Of a DNA stretch of 64,000 nucleotides, positions 51,971 through 62,719 are shown in pieces. A program made the translations under genes and the position numbers. Every line of letters starts with the position of its first letter. The first letter of the stretch is position 1. This DNA is from an uncultured Methylomirabilota bacterium. GTDB lineage: Bacteria; Methylomirabilota; Methylomirabilia; Methylomirabilales; 2-02-FULL-66-22. The DNA lies in contig OY970067.1 in the NCBI GenBank assembly GCA_963705305.1, positions 576,001-640,000 of the forward strand, in the 5' to 3' direction. The notes beneath the pieces are model-generated. The model made no database searches, was not told the origin of the DNA, and saw only the letters and a program-made list of their open reading frames with translations.

Positions 51971-53182
51971 TCATACGGTCCAAGGGCTGCGCAGGAACCT
52001 GAGGCTCAGAAGGATGGAGATGACCAGGACGCCCACGATCGGGAGGGCGGCGGCGGTAAACCCCCATCCACCGATCATCCATCCCACCGTCGCCGGCGCC
52101 ACGATGAAGCCCAGGTCGGTCACGAGCCGGTACTTCGCGGCGGCCCGGCCCCCGAAGGCGCCCCTCGCCTGCTCTGCCAGGAGTGCCGGCACCAGCATCC
52201 ACACGCTCATCCCAACGTTCAGGAGCACATAGGCCACGCCAAATCCCAGGACGCCCGAGGCCAGGGGCCCGAGAATCGTCCCGAGCAGCATGGCGCCGAA
52301 CCCGGGAACCATGATGCGGGCCTTTCCCCACACATCCGCGGCCCAGCCGACGGGCACCAGCAGGCAGACTTCGATCCAGAACGCCACGGCCAGCGACTGT
52401 CCGATGGCCGCTGACGAGAGGCCCAGGGCGCTCCCGCCGTATAGCGGAAACAGGGTCGAGATCCCGCCCCCCCAGGCGAATGCCTGGGCGAAAGTCGCCA
52501 CGAAGACTGCCGCCATCGGCCCCCAGGAGGCTCGCGGCGGCACCTGGATCGGGGGGGATGCGGGCGACCGGCTCTCCTCCAGGAGCATTCCCCGGAGTCC
52601 CGGCAGGACCCCTCGCGCCGCCACGATCCACGTCACGGTCTGCACCCCGGCGGCCAGACCGAAGCTGGCGCGCCAGTGCCAGCGCGTGGCGACCTCGCCC
52701 GCCGCAAAGGCGCTCGCCGCCATTCCGGCGATCACCGCCAGCTCGTACATGTTGGCGCGGCGATTCACCTGTCGGGGAGCGGACCGGCGCATCAGGTACA
52801 GGACGGCCAGGATATTGGCCATGCCCGAGCCTATGCCCGCCAAGAATTGGGCCGCCAGCATGGCTTCGAATGAGCCTGCGACGGCGGCGAGGAGCCCGCC
52901 GAGAAGCAGGAGTCCCGAGGCGCCGTGCACCAAGCAGGAGACCCCCAGGCGCTCGGCCAGGACTCCTGCCGGCAGATCTACCAAGAACCGCGCCAGGGCA
53001 AATCCGCTCCCCAGCAGGCCACTCGAGGCGAAGGTCAGGCCCAGATCCTCCATGACCTTCGGCAGGAGGGGGGTGAAGGCCCCCTGACCCACGTTCCAGA
53101 GGAAATATTGCACCAGGAACCACCCGAAGGTGGTATCCCACAGGCGGTCTCGGCTCTGCAACTCCTGTGTGGAACCATTCAC
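51971..53182 (-). CDS. MFS transporter
   Basis: About 12 hydrophobic segments; GVLAERLG and GWAADVWGK motif A; GTG start inferred. Confidence 0.8.
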   Translation of the reverse strand: MNGSTQELQSRDRLWDTTFGWFLVQYFLWNVGQGAFTPLLPKVMEDLGLTFASSGLLGSGFALARFLVDLPAGVLAERLGVSCLVHGASGLLLLGGLLAAVAGSFEAMLAAQFLAGIGSGMANILAVLYLMRRSAPRQVNRRANMYELAVIAGMAASAFAAGEVATRWHWRASFGLAAGVQTVTWIVAARGVLPGLRGMLLEESRSPASPPIQVPPRASWGPMAAVFVATFAQAFAWGGGISTLFPLYGGSALGLSSAAIGQSLAVAFWIEVCLLVPVGWAADVWGKARIMVPGFGAMLLGTILGPLASGVLGFGVAYVLLNVGMSVWMLVPALLAEQARGAFGGRAAAKYRLVTDLGFIVAPATVGWMIGGWGFTAAALPIVGVLVISILLSLRFLRSPWTV

Positions 53183-53193
53183 CTTTGAGCCTG

Positions 53194-54390
53194 CTAGGCG
53201 CTCGGCGCTTGCAGCGAGACCCGCCGTCCCTCCTGCGCCGATAGGTAGGCCGCGTAGACGACCCCGATGCAGTCCGCGGCCAACTCCACCCCCGCCAGCG
53301 GCTCGCGGTCCTCCAAGATGGCGTCCACGAAGTTGCGCATCTCCTGTTGGTAGCCGCGGAACCACTCCTCGTCCGGACTGGGGAACGTCCAGCCCGCCTT
53401 CGTCTCGATCTTCTCGGTGAAGTACTCCTCGCCGAAGATCGTCCCATCGGGGGCATACGCCTGCACGGCGGTGTTCTGGGCCAGGTTGGCGTGGAGCACC
53501 GCGTTCGTCATGTAGACGCTGACTTTCTCCTGGAGGCCGCCCAGTCCCGCGTCCGTCACGGTGACGACGGCCCGGCTCCCGTCCTCGAACGCCAGCAGGA
53601 CGCTGGCCCAGTTCTCCACGTCCTCCGGCTCCGCCGCGATCCATTTGCGCGGGCCGCGGCGCGCGGCCTCCAGCCGCATCAAGGGGGCGACCTCCGCCAT
53701 CACCGACACCGGGCGGATGGGCCGGCCGTCATGCAGCTGCCCTTCGAAGGCCTTCAGGTGAAGGCAGGTGCCCAGGGGATGCACCCCCATCCGGACGAGC
53801 GATCCCCCGCCCGTGTGCTTCCACTGCTTGGCAAACGCGGAGTGCGATCCCGAGTGGCACTCCTCGGCGCGCAGGTCGAGGATGCTGCCGCCGGCCGCCC
53901 GGATGAGCCGGCGGAGCTTCTCCACCGGCGGGGCGTAGACCCAGTTCTCGGCATAGCCGAGCTTCACCTTGTGCCGACGGACCGCCTCCACCACGGCGGC
54001 CGCATTCTTGCGGGCCCCTTCCAGCATCTTGGCGCGGCCCACGCGGTCGCCGATCGGTTCGGGGTCGCCCGGCTCGCCGAAATACCCGGTCAGCGGCTTT
54101 TCCACGATGATGTGCTTCCCCGCCTGGGCGGCCTGGATCGCCATGGTGTGGTGCACTGCCGGCGGCACGCACAGGTCCACCGCGTCCACGTCCTTGCGGT
54201 CGAGCAGGGCGCGGAAGTCGGTGGTGACGAAAGAAATCCCAAAGCGCTGCGCCATGGTGTCGGCGCGCTCCCGCGTGCGGGAGCAGATGCCCGCGAACTC
54301 CACCTGCCGCCCCCGCAGCGCCGCCAGGGTTTGCAGGTGGAGGGCGGCGCCGAACCCCGCACCCACCATCCCGATCCGAACTCTGTCCAT
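53194..54390 (-). CDS. Gfo/Idh/MocA oxidoreductase
   Basis: GAGFGA, VEKPL, YAEN, GGGSL motifs. Confidence 0.9.
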   Translation of the reverse strand: MDRVRIGMVGAGFGAALHLQTLAALRGRQVEFAGICSRTRERADTMAQRFGISFVTTDFRALLDRKDVDAVDLCVPPAVHHTMAIQAAQAGKHIIVEKPLTGYFGEPGDPEPIGDRVGRAKMLEGARKNAAAVVEAVRRHKVKLGYAENWVYAPPVEKLRRLIRAAGGSILDLRAEECHSGSHSAFAKQWKHTGGGSLVRMGVHPLGTCLHLKAFEGQLHDGRPIRPVSVMAEVAPLMRLEAARRGPRKWIAAEPEDVENWASVLLAFEDGSRAVVTVTDAGLGGLQEKVSVYMTNAVLHANLAQNTAVQAYAPDGTIFGEEYFTEKIETKAGWTFPSPDEEWFRGYQQEMRNFVDAILEDREPLAGVELAADCIGVVYAAYLSAQEGRRVSLQAPSA

Positions 54391-54420
54391 CCCGCGCCTC
54401 CTTCGGTGCCGACTATTGGT

Positions 54421-55080
54421 CAGTAGTCAGAAAGCGGTAGGCAGTAAGCAGTGGTCCGTGGCCTACGCCCTGTGCCACGTGCCCTATGCTCGTTAGCGCA
54501 CCACCCGGACAGTCGCCCTGTGTGGCGGTCTGGTCGGCTGACTGACCTCGTCTCCCACCGACTTTCCGAGTATGGCCCTGGCCACCGGGGTCCCCGGTGT
54601 AACCACGCGCACCGCCGGCTTCTCATTCGGCAGCCGGATCTCCATCCCGCCGCAAACCGGAAGCAAGAAGTAGAATGTCTCCTCCGCATCGTCTTCGGCC
54701 GCAAGGCCGACCAGGCACCCCAGCGCCGCCCGCCCCGGGCGCTCCGGCAGCCGCAGACTTCGCAACGAGCGGAGCTCGTACTCCCGCTCCTGGATGTTCA
54801 GCCCCAGCGCATTGGCCAGATACGCCGACTCCTGGCCGAAGACCTCCCGCTTGCCCTTCATGACGTGCGGGCTGCTCAGCGTGGCGTCGCGCGCCGCTTC
54901 GTACCCGGCCCGCAGCTCCTCCAGCTTGGCTTCCACCTGCCCGATCACTGCCGCCAGGAGCTCCGATTTATCGAGCGCTGGAATTTCCACTGTCAGGCCG
55001 CCCCTCCCGAATCAGCGATCGGCAATCAGCGGTCAGCAACAACCGAGGCTGCCTACTGCCTGCTGCATACTGCTTACTGG
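54421..55080. repeat. Heptamer arrays on both sides of the GreA-like gene; the outer pair is inverted
   Basis: CAGTAGT CAGAAAG CGGTAGG CAGTAAG CAGTGGT versus CTGCCTA CTGCCTG CTGCATA CTGCTTA; inner arrays CCTATGC-like (54462-54489) and AATCAGC-like (55010-55037). Confidence 0.7.
54493..54990 (-). CDS. GreA/GreB-family elongation factor-like protein
   Basis: N-terminal coiled coil; C-terminal VVTPGTPVARAILGKSVGDEV. Confidence 0.7.
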   Translation of the reverse strand: MEIPALDKSELLAAVIGQVEAKLEELRAGYEAARDATLSSPHVMKGKREVFGQESAYLANALGLNIQEREYELRSLRSLRLPERPGRAALGCLVGLAAEDDAEETFYFLLPVCGGMEIRLPNEKPAVRVVTPGTPVARAILGKSVGDEVSQPTRPPHRATVRVVR

Positions 55081-55092
55081 TTCGTGGTGGCC

Positions 55093-55857
55093 TCAGTGGA
55101 ACCACATCGCACCGTTGATACCCAGCACCTCCCCCGAGATGAAGGAGGCCGCCGGGGACGCGAGGAAGACCGCGGCCGGCCCGATCTCATCGGCCGTTCC
55201 CTCCCGTCCCAGCGGAATGGTGCGGACGGTGGCCGCCCGTCCCTCCGGCGTGCTGAACCGGTCGTGGAACTGGGTGCCGATCTGGCCCGGTGCTATCGCA
55301 TTCACCCGGACACCCTTGGGCCCCACCTCTTTCGACAATGCCCGGGTGAACCCGACGATGGCCGCCTTGCTCGCCGCATAGACCGTCGCCCCGCTCCCGC
55401 CCCCGGCGAAGGCGGCTGCGGAAGCGATGTTGACGATGCTGCCAGAACCCTGGGGCAGCATGTGGCGCAGGGCGGCGCGGCACATGGCGAATGTGGAGGT
55501 CATGTTGACGTCCATGATGGTCCGGTAGAGCTCGTCCGACATCTGCGGGACGGGACAGCGTTCCACCAGGTTCCCGGCGTTGTTCACGAGAATATCCAGG
55601 CCCCCCAGAGCGATCACCGTCTCGCTGACGACGCGATCCGCGGCGGCCGGCTTGGCCAGATCGGCCTTCACCAGGAACGGCTGCCTCCCCATGCCCCGGA
55701 CTGCCCTGCCCACCTCCTCGGCCCCCGCCTCGCTGCTGAGGTAGTGAACGGCCACCTGGGCGCCCGCCTCGGCCAGCGCCAGCGAGATCGCCTTCCCGAT
55801 CCCCGACGCGCCGCCGGTCACCAGCGCCACCTTTCCATCCAAACGAAATGCACTCAT
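55093..55857 (-). CDS. SDR oxidoreductase
   Basis: TGGASGIG, NNAG, YAASK motifs. Confidence 0.9.
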   Translation of the reverse strand: MSAFRLDGKVALVTGGASGIGKAISLALAEAGAQVAVHYLSSEAGAEEVGRAVRGMGRQPFLVKADLAKPAAADRVVSETVIALGGLDILVNNAGNLVERCPVPQMSDELYRTIMDVNMTSTFAMCRAALRHMLPQGSGSIVNIASAAAFAGGGSGATVYAASKAAIVGFTRALSKEVGPKGVRVNAIAPGQIGTQFHDRFSTPEGRAATVRTIPLGREGTADEIGPAAVFLASPAASFISGEVLGINGAMWFH

Positions 55858-55971
55858 GGAATTCACCTCCATCGCCGCGGGTTCCGGCCGCCCATGTTCG
55901 GCGCCGGTCGCACGCCGCGCGCCGCGGCGGATCACCCCGCGGACTAATCCGGCCAGCTACCCACTTTCATT

Positions 55972-56118
55972 CAGGCTGCTCAAAAGGGCCCAGATGCAAG
56001 GCGCCACGCGATCCGCGGGGTACCCACCGGAGGTGGGTCGGAGGCGTACTTACTCCGAACGTCGCAGCGCCCCGGGAGCGTGCGGGTACCCGGCAGATGG
56101 GCGCTTTTCAGCAGCCTG
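55972..56118. mobile_element. 147-bp MITE-like element with terminal inverted repeats
   Basis: CAGGCTGCTCAAAAG ... CTTTTCAGCAGCCTG (14/15 match, extending imperfectly inward); abuts a TAG stop. Confidence 0.7.
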
Positions 56119-57123
56119 CTACAGCGCCACCGGGACCCCGCTCTGGACCGAGGCTCGGGCGGCATCCAGCATCCGCATGACGTCGACGATTTCCCGGCCC
56201 GAGGCCGGAGGGGTCCGCCCGTCCCACACCGCACCCGCGAACTCGCGGAGCTGATTCGCATACAGGCTGGGCGCCTGGAGCCCCTCCCGTAGGACCTGTC
56301 CGTTGAGCTCCAGGCGGTACACGTTCTCAAACGGGGGCCCGGCCGGCCGCTCGATCAGGCGCAGATGCCCCCGGGTCCCCACCACCAGGCCCTCATGCAG
56401 GGGAGGGTTCGTGCTCAGCGACAGGTGAACGGAGCCCGTCACTCCTCCCGGAAAGGTGCACAATATGTCCGCCTCGTCCTCGCCTTCCCAGGCGGGATTC
56501 GTGCGCCGCGCCGTAGCGTAGATCCGGTCGGGGACGCGGCCGAGCCACCAGTAGAGACTGTCCAGCGAGTGGCTCCCCTGGAGCAGGATGACCAGGCCGC
56601 CGGCTTGCGCGGCCGACCGCCACCAGTCGGTGGGCGGCGAGGCGAAGGGAACCAGGAAGAGGATGTGGGAGCGAAGGATGGTGCCGATCTCCGGAAGCCG
56701 GCGGACCAGCTCTTGCATCGCATCCGAAAAGCGTCGGCTCTGGGCCACCATTAGGGTCACGCCTGCGACCTCGGCCGCCCGGACCATCGCCTCGGCCGAA
56801 TGCGTATCCAGCGCCATCGGCTTTTCGACCAGGATATGCTTCCCCGCCTTGGCGGCATCGCAGGCGATGGCCGCATGGGAATCGTTGGGCGTGGTAATGA
56901 CCACGGCCTGGACCGCGGGATCCCTCAGGAGGATCCGGTACTCCTCCGTCACGCGGGGAATCCCGAACTCGCGCGCCACCCCCTCCGCCCGATCGCGCCG
57001 GCGGCCGGCAATGGCCACGGCGCGCACGCGATCGGGGAGATCGGCCGCGGCCTTCAGATGGGCCCGAGCGATCCGGCCGCTCCCAATGAATCCCAGGCCC
57101 AGCGGTTTCGTTGCACGCGACAT
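56119..57123 (-). CDS. Gfo/Idh/MocA oxidoreductase
   Basis: GSGRIA, TPNDSH, VEKPMA motifs. Confidence 0.9.
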   Translation of the reverse strand: MSRATKPLGLGFIGSGRIARAHLKAAADLPDRVRAVAIAGRRRDRAEGVAREFGIPRVTEEYRILLRDPAVQAVVITTPNDSHAAIACDAAKAGKHILVEKPMALDTHSAEAMVRAAEVAGVTLMVAQSRRFSDAMQELVRRLPEIGTILRSHILFLVPFASPPTDWWRSAAQAGGLVILLQGSHSLDSLYWWLGRVPDRIYATARRTNPAWEGEDEADILCTFPGGVTGSVHLSLSTNPPLHEGLVVGTRGHLRLIERPAGPPFENVYRLELNGQVLREGLQAPSLYANQLREFAGAVWDGRTPPASGREIVDVMRMLDAARASVQSGVPVAL

Positions 57124-57178
57124 GCGCAACCTCCCGACCCGGCCTCCATCCGACCGGCCGGTCTCCGTGGCACCTGGA

Positions 57179-58168
57179 CTATAGGAGCGCACTCCGAGCC
57201 CGAAGCTTCGGACTGTCGTACACCTGGGAGTTCACCGGGGACTCCGGGCGCTGGCCCCGCAGGACCGCCACCGCCGCCTCGGCGGTTTTGCGTTTCAGCT
57301 CGGCGACCGACTGGTCGGAGTACCAGCCGGCGTGCGGGTTCAGGATGACATTCGGCATGGACAGCAACGGGGAATCCTGCGGCACCGGCTCCTGTTCCAG
57401 GACGTCCAGCGCCGCCCCGGCAATCCGCCCCTCTTGCAGGGCCCGGATGAGGGCGGAGGTGTCCACGATTCCCCCCCGGGCGGTGTTGACCAGGAGCGCT
57501 GTGGGCTTCATCTTTCGCAACGCGGCCTCGTTGATCAGGTGCCGGCTTTCCGCCACGAGAGGGAGATGAAGGGACACCGCGTCCGACTGTCTCAACAGGG
57601 CATCCAATGTCACCTGCTCGATGCCCGCCGGGAGGTGGGTCAAGTACGGATCGTAGCCCCGAACCCGCATGCCCACTCCGGCCGCCTTGCGGGCCGCCAG
57701 CGATCCGATGCGGCCCACGCCGATCACCCCGAAGACCCTCCCGGCCAGCCGCGGCATGGGGGGCTTTCCCGTGGCGCCCCACGTCCCGCCGCGGATGGCC
57801 CGGTCATAGTAGGTCACACCGCGCCACAGTGACAGCAGCATGGCTATGGCGTGGTCCGAGACCTCCTCGGGACAGTAATCGGGCACGTTGGCGACCACCA
57901 CTCCGCGCGCCGTCGCCGCATCCAGGTCGATAGTGTCCACGCCCACACCGTACCGAACCGCCACCCGGCAGCGTGGCAGCGCGTCCAGGACGCGCCCTGT
58001 GATGGGCGCGGCCTGGAGGATGATCGCGTCCGCCTCTCGCCCCACGGCGATGACGTCTTCCTCCGTCTTGGCCTGCTCCAACCGAAACTCGACGCCGGCC
58101 GCCTTCAAGACGGCCTCCTCCTGGGCAATGGTTCCATGATCGCAGTCCACAATCACGACGAGTGGCAT
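57179..58168 (-). CDS. D-2-hydroxyacid dehydrogenase (CtBP-like)
   Basis: RYGVGVD, GVGRIG, NTARG, DVLEQEP, PHAGW motifs. Confidence 0.92.
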   Translation of the reverse strand: MPLVVIVDCDHGTIAQEEAVLKAAGVEFRLEQAKTEEDVIAVGREADAIILQAAPITGRVLDALPRCRVAVRYGVGVDTIDLDAATARGVVVANVPDYCPEEVSDHAIAMLLSLWRGVTYYDRAIRGGTWGATGKPPMPRLAGRVFGVIGVGRIGSLAARKAAGVGMRVRGYDPYLTHLPAGIEQVTLDALLRQSDAVSLHLPLVAESRHLINEAALRKMKPTALLVNTARGGIVDTSALIRALQEGRIAGAALDVLEQEPVPQDSPLLSMPNVILNPHAGWYSDQSVAELKRKTAEAAVAVLRGQRPESPVNSQVYDSPKLRARSALL

Positions 58169-58312
58169 CGATTCACACCTCGCTAGGGGTTGTAGGGTTC
58201 GTCTCACGATCTCCCGCACGCGGAAGACGTATCAACAGCAGGCCGCGGATGTCAAGCGGTCCGGGGCCTGCTGCCGCGGACCGATGCCGTGGGGGAGCGG
58301 GGGCAAACGCTG

Positions 58313-59185
58313 CTACGGATCTCGCGGACGCCCGTACACGTCCAGCAGAAAGCGGGCAATGCTCAGCCTGGGCGGGAGGTCCGGCAATGCGCGGACCGAG
58401 AACCAGCGCGCGTCCTCCAACTCCTCCGTGTTCACGCGAAGGTCGCCCCCCGCATAGGCCGCCGTGAACCCGACCATAAGCTGGCTGGGAAAGGGCCAGT
58501 ACTGGCTGGTGATGTAGCGGAGGTCACGAATCCGGACACCGACCTCCTCCTGGACCTCGCGCTGCACGGCCCCTTCCAGCGATTCCCCGGCGTCCACGAA
58601 GCCCGCCACCAGGCCGTACCGGTTCGCCGGCCAGAACGACTTCCGGGTCAGGAGCAGCTGGTCCCCATCCCGCACCAGGACGATGATCGCCGGGTGCAGG
58701 TGCGGATAATGCTCGTAGGCGCAGCCGGGGCACCGCTTCCCGAGTTCGCCCGGCATGGCCGCCGTCCGCTCCCCGCAGCGGGGGCAGAAGCGACTGATGA
58801 CCTGCCAGTGGACGGCCTGGAGCGCCAGGCCCCCCAGCGACAGCACGTCTTCAGTCAACCGGGTGCGCGCCGGCAGCAGGCTTTCCAGCCGGAGGCCGGC
58901 GGGCAGCTCCCCGCCGGAGGCGATCGAGGCCGCCCAGCAGGGGACATCCCGGTAGGTACCGAGATACACGACATCCTCGACGCGATCCTCCAGCCCGTCT
59001 GGAAGCCCGCCCCGGGGAAGCTGCCACTCTGCCGCGGCGCCGTTCTCCACGACCAGCAGCGCCTGCTCCTGGATGAGGAGCCACAGCCCCGAACGATCCG
59101 CCGGCAGGTTCATGTTCTTCCCGGGGACGAACGTTTCGTGCAGGCAATCGCAATTGAAGGGGAGAATGATCTTCAATGGTTCCAT
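58313..59185 (-). CDS. nudC: NAD(+) diphosphatase NudC
   Basis: FCPRCG/CPGC zinc ribbon, Nudix box AGFVDAGESLEGAVQREVQEEVG, SQYWPFP. Confidence 0.95.
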   Translation of the reverse strand: MEPLKIILPFNCDCLHETFVPGKNMNLPADRSGLWLLIQEQALLVVENGAAAEWQLPRGGLPDGLEDRVEDVVYLGTYRDVPCWAASIASGGELPAGLRLESLLPARTRLTEDVLSLGGLALQAVHWQVISRFCPRCGERTAAMPGELGKRCPGCAYEHYPHLHPAIIVLVRDGDQLLLTRKSFWPANRYGLVAGFVDAGESLEGAVQREVQEEVGVRIRDLRYITSQYWPFPSQLMVGFTAAYAGGDLRVNTEELEDARWFSVRALPDLPPRLSIARFLLDVYGRPRDP

Positions 59186-59701
59186 CCCGACCTCGTTTGC
59201 ACCCCGGCAAAATCCGGGTGAGCAAAGCTCACCCGCCGAAGAAGGCCCCCACCTGCGTGATGAACTGACTGTCCTTCAGGCGGCTGTCCGCCGCATGGAT
59301 CACGCCCGAGGGCGTGGGTCCCCCGGCGTCACCCATCGGTTCGATCTCCGAGCAATAACCTGGCGACTATACCACACTCCCGGTGTCGGCTCCACGTCGC
59401 TCCGGGGGATCTCCGGGTCCGCACTGCCTGTTTCGGGAACGTCGCGCGAGGGCCAGCGGCTTTCCCGCCGGTGCGGACGCCCTGGATCGCCGATATGATC
59501 AATCTGTCGTCGTCTTTTGCCGCGATCGGCGGGGTCGTGCGGAAGACCATTCCCGGCTGGAGGACTGATGTCGTCGGGATGGCGCTGCTGGTCATTCCCG
59601 TGCTCAACCAGCTGCGCCGCTGCGGGTTCCGGCAGGCGGCCCAGACCGCTCTCGACCGCGCCTGCGGTGGCCGGCAAAAGAGGTTCGCCGCGGGCCGCCC
59701 C

Positions 59702-61015
59702 TCACTCCCTCGGAACCAGGGAGGCCACCTGCCGCGAGACGGCCAGGCGGCCGTGGACGAAGCGGTCGTGGTTGGCCTCGATCGCGCCGGGGTCGTAGAC
59801 GTAATTCGCCATGATGCCGAGCGACTGGCGGAGACCCTGCTTGGATTGGTCCGCCGCCCAGTTCAGCCGCTCCAGGCGCGCCCCGTTGTTGAGGTGAAAG
59901 CGGGCCACCGGATCCAGCGCGGGCTCGGCCTCCGCGCCGGGGCTGAGCAAGAAGGCGGCGCACAGGGCTTTGAGGGGCTCTTCGACCGGCTTCAGGCGAT
60001 CCCATGCCGCCGCAGGATCGGCGGCGATCCCGGCGGGGTCCGCCCCGATCCCCCGCACGACGTCCCGCAGGGCCGCGGCCAGCGCCGCCGGATATTCCGC
60101 CTCCGGAGTGCGCGCCAGTGACGAGAGCCATCGCGAGAAGCCGGGGATCGGCGACAGCGTGCAAAATCGCCGGATCCGCGGAAACTCCGCGGAGAGAAGA
60201 TCAACCACCTGCTTGATGAGGAAGTTGCCGAGCGATACGCCGCGAAGGCCGGGCTGGCAGTTGCTGATGGAATAGAGTGCGGCCACCGTCGCCCGGCTCG
60301 CATCCCGAGGTGTCGTCCGGGTGTCAAGCAGGGGTGCGATGGCGGAAGGCATCTCGTCGGTCAGTGCCACCTCCACGAAGATCAGCGGCTCGTCCGGCAG
60401 CGCCGGGTGGAAGAAGGCAAAGCAGCGGCGATCACTCTCCAGGCGGCGGCGGAGGTCCCCCCAGCCCTGGATCTCATGCACCGCCTCGTGCGCAATGACT
60501 TTCTCGAGGAGGTAGGCGGGAGATCGCCAGTCCGCACGGACGATTTGCAGGAATCCCGGGTTGAACCACGACGCCAGCAGGTGGCGGAAATCCCAGTCGA
60601 GTCCCGCCAGGGCCGGTTGCTCGCGCACGCAATGGAGCAGCTGCTCGCGCATCCGCAGGATAGCCGCCGTTCCTCCCGGCACCCGGTTGAGGCGCCGCAG
60701 CAGCTCCTGGCGCGGCGCCTCGGCCGCCGCATTCAGCCGCGCAAGCCGCTCGGCGTTCGGCTGATCGGCGTACTGCCGGGCGGCCTCCAGGACTTCCGCC
60801 GGATCGGGAGAGAAGTCTTCCAGCAGGAACTGGAAAAATGCCGCCTGCTGCCGCCGGTCGAGCTCCCCGCACAGCGCCAGCGCTTCGCGCGAGAGCGAGA
60901 GGCTTCCCGCCTGCCCGCGCTCGGTCAGCAGCTTCTGGCATTGCCCGACCAGCCGGGTCACCTTGATGCCGCCCCGCGCCACCATAGCCGCCTGCTTGCC
61001 CATCCGTCCGAACAT
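59702..61015 (-). CDS. Malonyl-CoA decarboxylase
   Basis: HEAVHEI, RRCFAFFHP, YSISNCQPGL, TLSPIPGF, DPVARFHL motifs. Confidence 0.93.
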   Translation of the reverse strand: MFGRMGKQAAMVARGGIKVTRLVGQCQKLLTERGQAGSLSLSREALALCGELDRRQQAAFFQFLLEDFSPDPAEVLEAARQYADQPNAERLARLNAAAEAPRQELLRRLNRVPGGTAAILRMREQLLHCVREQPALAGLDWDFRHLLASWFNPGFLQIVRADWRSPAYLLEKVIAHEAVHEIQGWGDLRRRLESDRRCFAFFHPALPDEPLIFVEVALTDEMPSAIAPLLDTRTTPRDASRATVAALYSISNCQPGLRGVSLGNFLIKQVVDLLSAEFPRIRRFCTLSPIPGFSRWLSSLARTPEAEYPAALAAALRDVVRGIGADPAGIAADPAAAWDRLKPVEEPLKALCAAFLLSPGAEAEPALDPVARFHLNNGARLERLNWAADQSKQGLRQSLGIMANYVYDPGAIEANHDRFVHGRLAVSRQVASLVPRE

Positions 61016-61284
61016 GGGAGTCCCTCCGATGATAGGGGAGCGCCGAACCCCCTTATTGTACCCTTCGGTCGGGGAAATTACGAGAGCTCGGCACGGGAGG
61101 CGATTCGTCGGCCGTGTCCCGAAGGTGAGACAGACCGGACGCGGCACGTTTCTGTGTTTGCGCACCGCCGAGGGATGGCGATATACTTCTCGCCGCTCCG
61201 CACCTCTACCCGACGCGCTGTGTGTTCCAGGCGAAATTCCCCGCCGGCGGGAAGGGCCGTGAAGAACCAGGAAGGAGAGCGCCA

Positions 61285-62692
61285 ATGAAAGCGGACATCG
61301 GGGTCATCGGCATGGCGGTCATGGGCCAGAACCTTGCCCTCAATATGGAAAGCAAGGGATTCACCGTGGCCGTGTTCAACCGAACGACCGAAAAGACCAA
61401 GGAGTTCTTCGAGGAGCGGTGCAAGGGGAAGAAGGTGGTCCCCGGCTACACCCTCGAAGAGTTCCTCGGCAGCCTGAAGAAGCCCCGCCGGATCATGATC
61501 ATGGTCAAGGCCGGGAAGCCCGTGGACGACATGATCGCCCTGGTGGCGCCGCACCTGGAGAAGGGCGACATCCTGATCGACGGCGGCAACTCCTTCTTCC
61601 AGGATACGCGCCGGCGCGCCGCGGGGGCAGAGGCCAAAGGCCTCCTGTACATCGGCACAGGGGTCTCCGGCGGCGAGGAGGGTGCGCTGCACGGCCCCAG
61701 CATCATGCCGGGGGACTCCCGAGGCGTACCAGGCCGTGGGACCCATTCTTACGGCGATCTCGGCCAAGGTGGAGGGAGATCCCTGCTGCACCTACATCGG
61801 GCGGGACGGCGCCGGGCACTACGTCAAGATGGTCCACAACGGGATCGAGTACGGCGACATGCAGTTGATCAGTGAGGCTTACACCCTGATGCGGGACGTC
61901 CTAGGCATGAACCACCAGGACATGCAGCGGACCTTCGCGGAGTGGAACCGCGGCGAGCTGGATTCCTACCTGATCGAGATCACCGCCGATATTCTCTCCA
62001 AGACGGATCCGGACACCGGCCAGCCGCTCGTGGAGGTCATCCTGGATAAGGCCGGACAGAAGGGCACCGGGAAGTGGACCAGCCAATCCGCCCTGGACCT
62101 GGGGATCAGCGCCCCGACCATTGCCGAGGCCGTCTTCGCGCGCTGCATCTCCGCCGTCAAGGAGGAGCGGGTCAAAGCCGCGGCCGTCCTGCGGGGCCCC
62201 ACGGGGACCTTTCAGGGGGACCGGAAGGAGTTCGTGGAATCCATCCGCCAAGCCCTCTACGCCTCCAAGATCTGCTCCTACGCTCAGGGCTTCGCCCTGA
62301 TGCGGGCGGCAGCCCAGGAATACGGCTGGCAGCTCAAGATGGGTGAGATGGCCATGATCTGGCGAGGCGGCTGCATCATCCGGGCGAAGTTCCTGTCCAA
62401 GATCAAGGAGGCCTTTGATCGGAACCCCGGCCTCGCCAACCTGCTCATGGACCCGTACTTCAGCCGGATCGTCATCGAAAATCAGCCCCGCTGGCGCCAG
62501 GTGACCTCTACGGCCATCCAGCTGGGCGTGCCCGTGCCGGCGCTCTCGTCGGCCATCACCTACTTTGACGCCTACCGCAGCGGCCGCCTCTGGGCCAACA
62601 TGATCCAGGCCCAGCGCGACTACTTCGGCGCCCACACCTACGAGCGGGTGGACAAGGCGGGCAGCTTTCATACCGAGTGGATGAAGATATAG
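61285..62692 (+). CDS. gnd: 6-phosphogluconate dehydrogenase, split by a frameshift near 61712 (likely homopolymer error)
   Basis: GMAVMGQN...GVSGGEEGA...SIMPG in one frame, then TPEAY...KMVHNGIEY...[10 protein letters not shown] in another; the shift is inside a G5 run. Confidence 0.92.
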
Positions 62693-62719
62693 CAGGCTGC
62701 TAGAGCTGGGAGGCGGACC

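Noticed and set aside
54421..55080. CRISPR array interpretation of the short repeats
   Set aside because: The units are degenerate 7-mers without spacers, and there are no cas genes.
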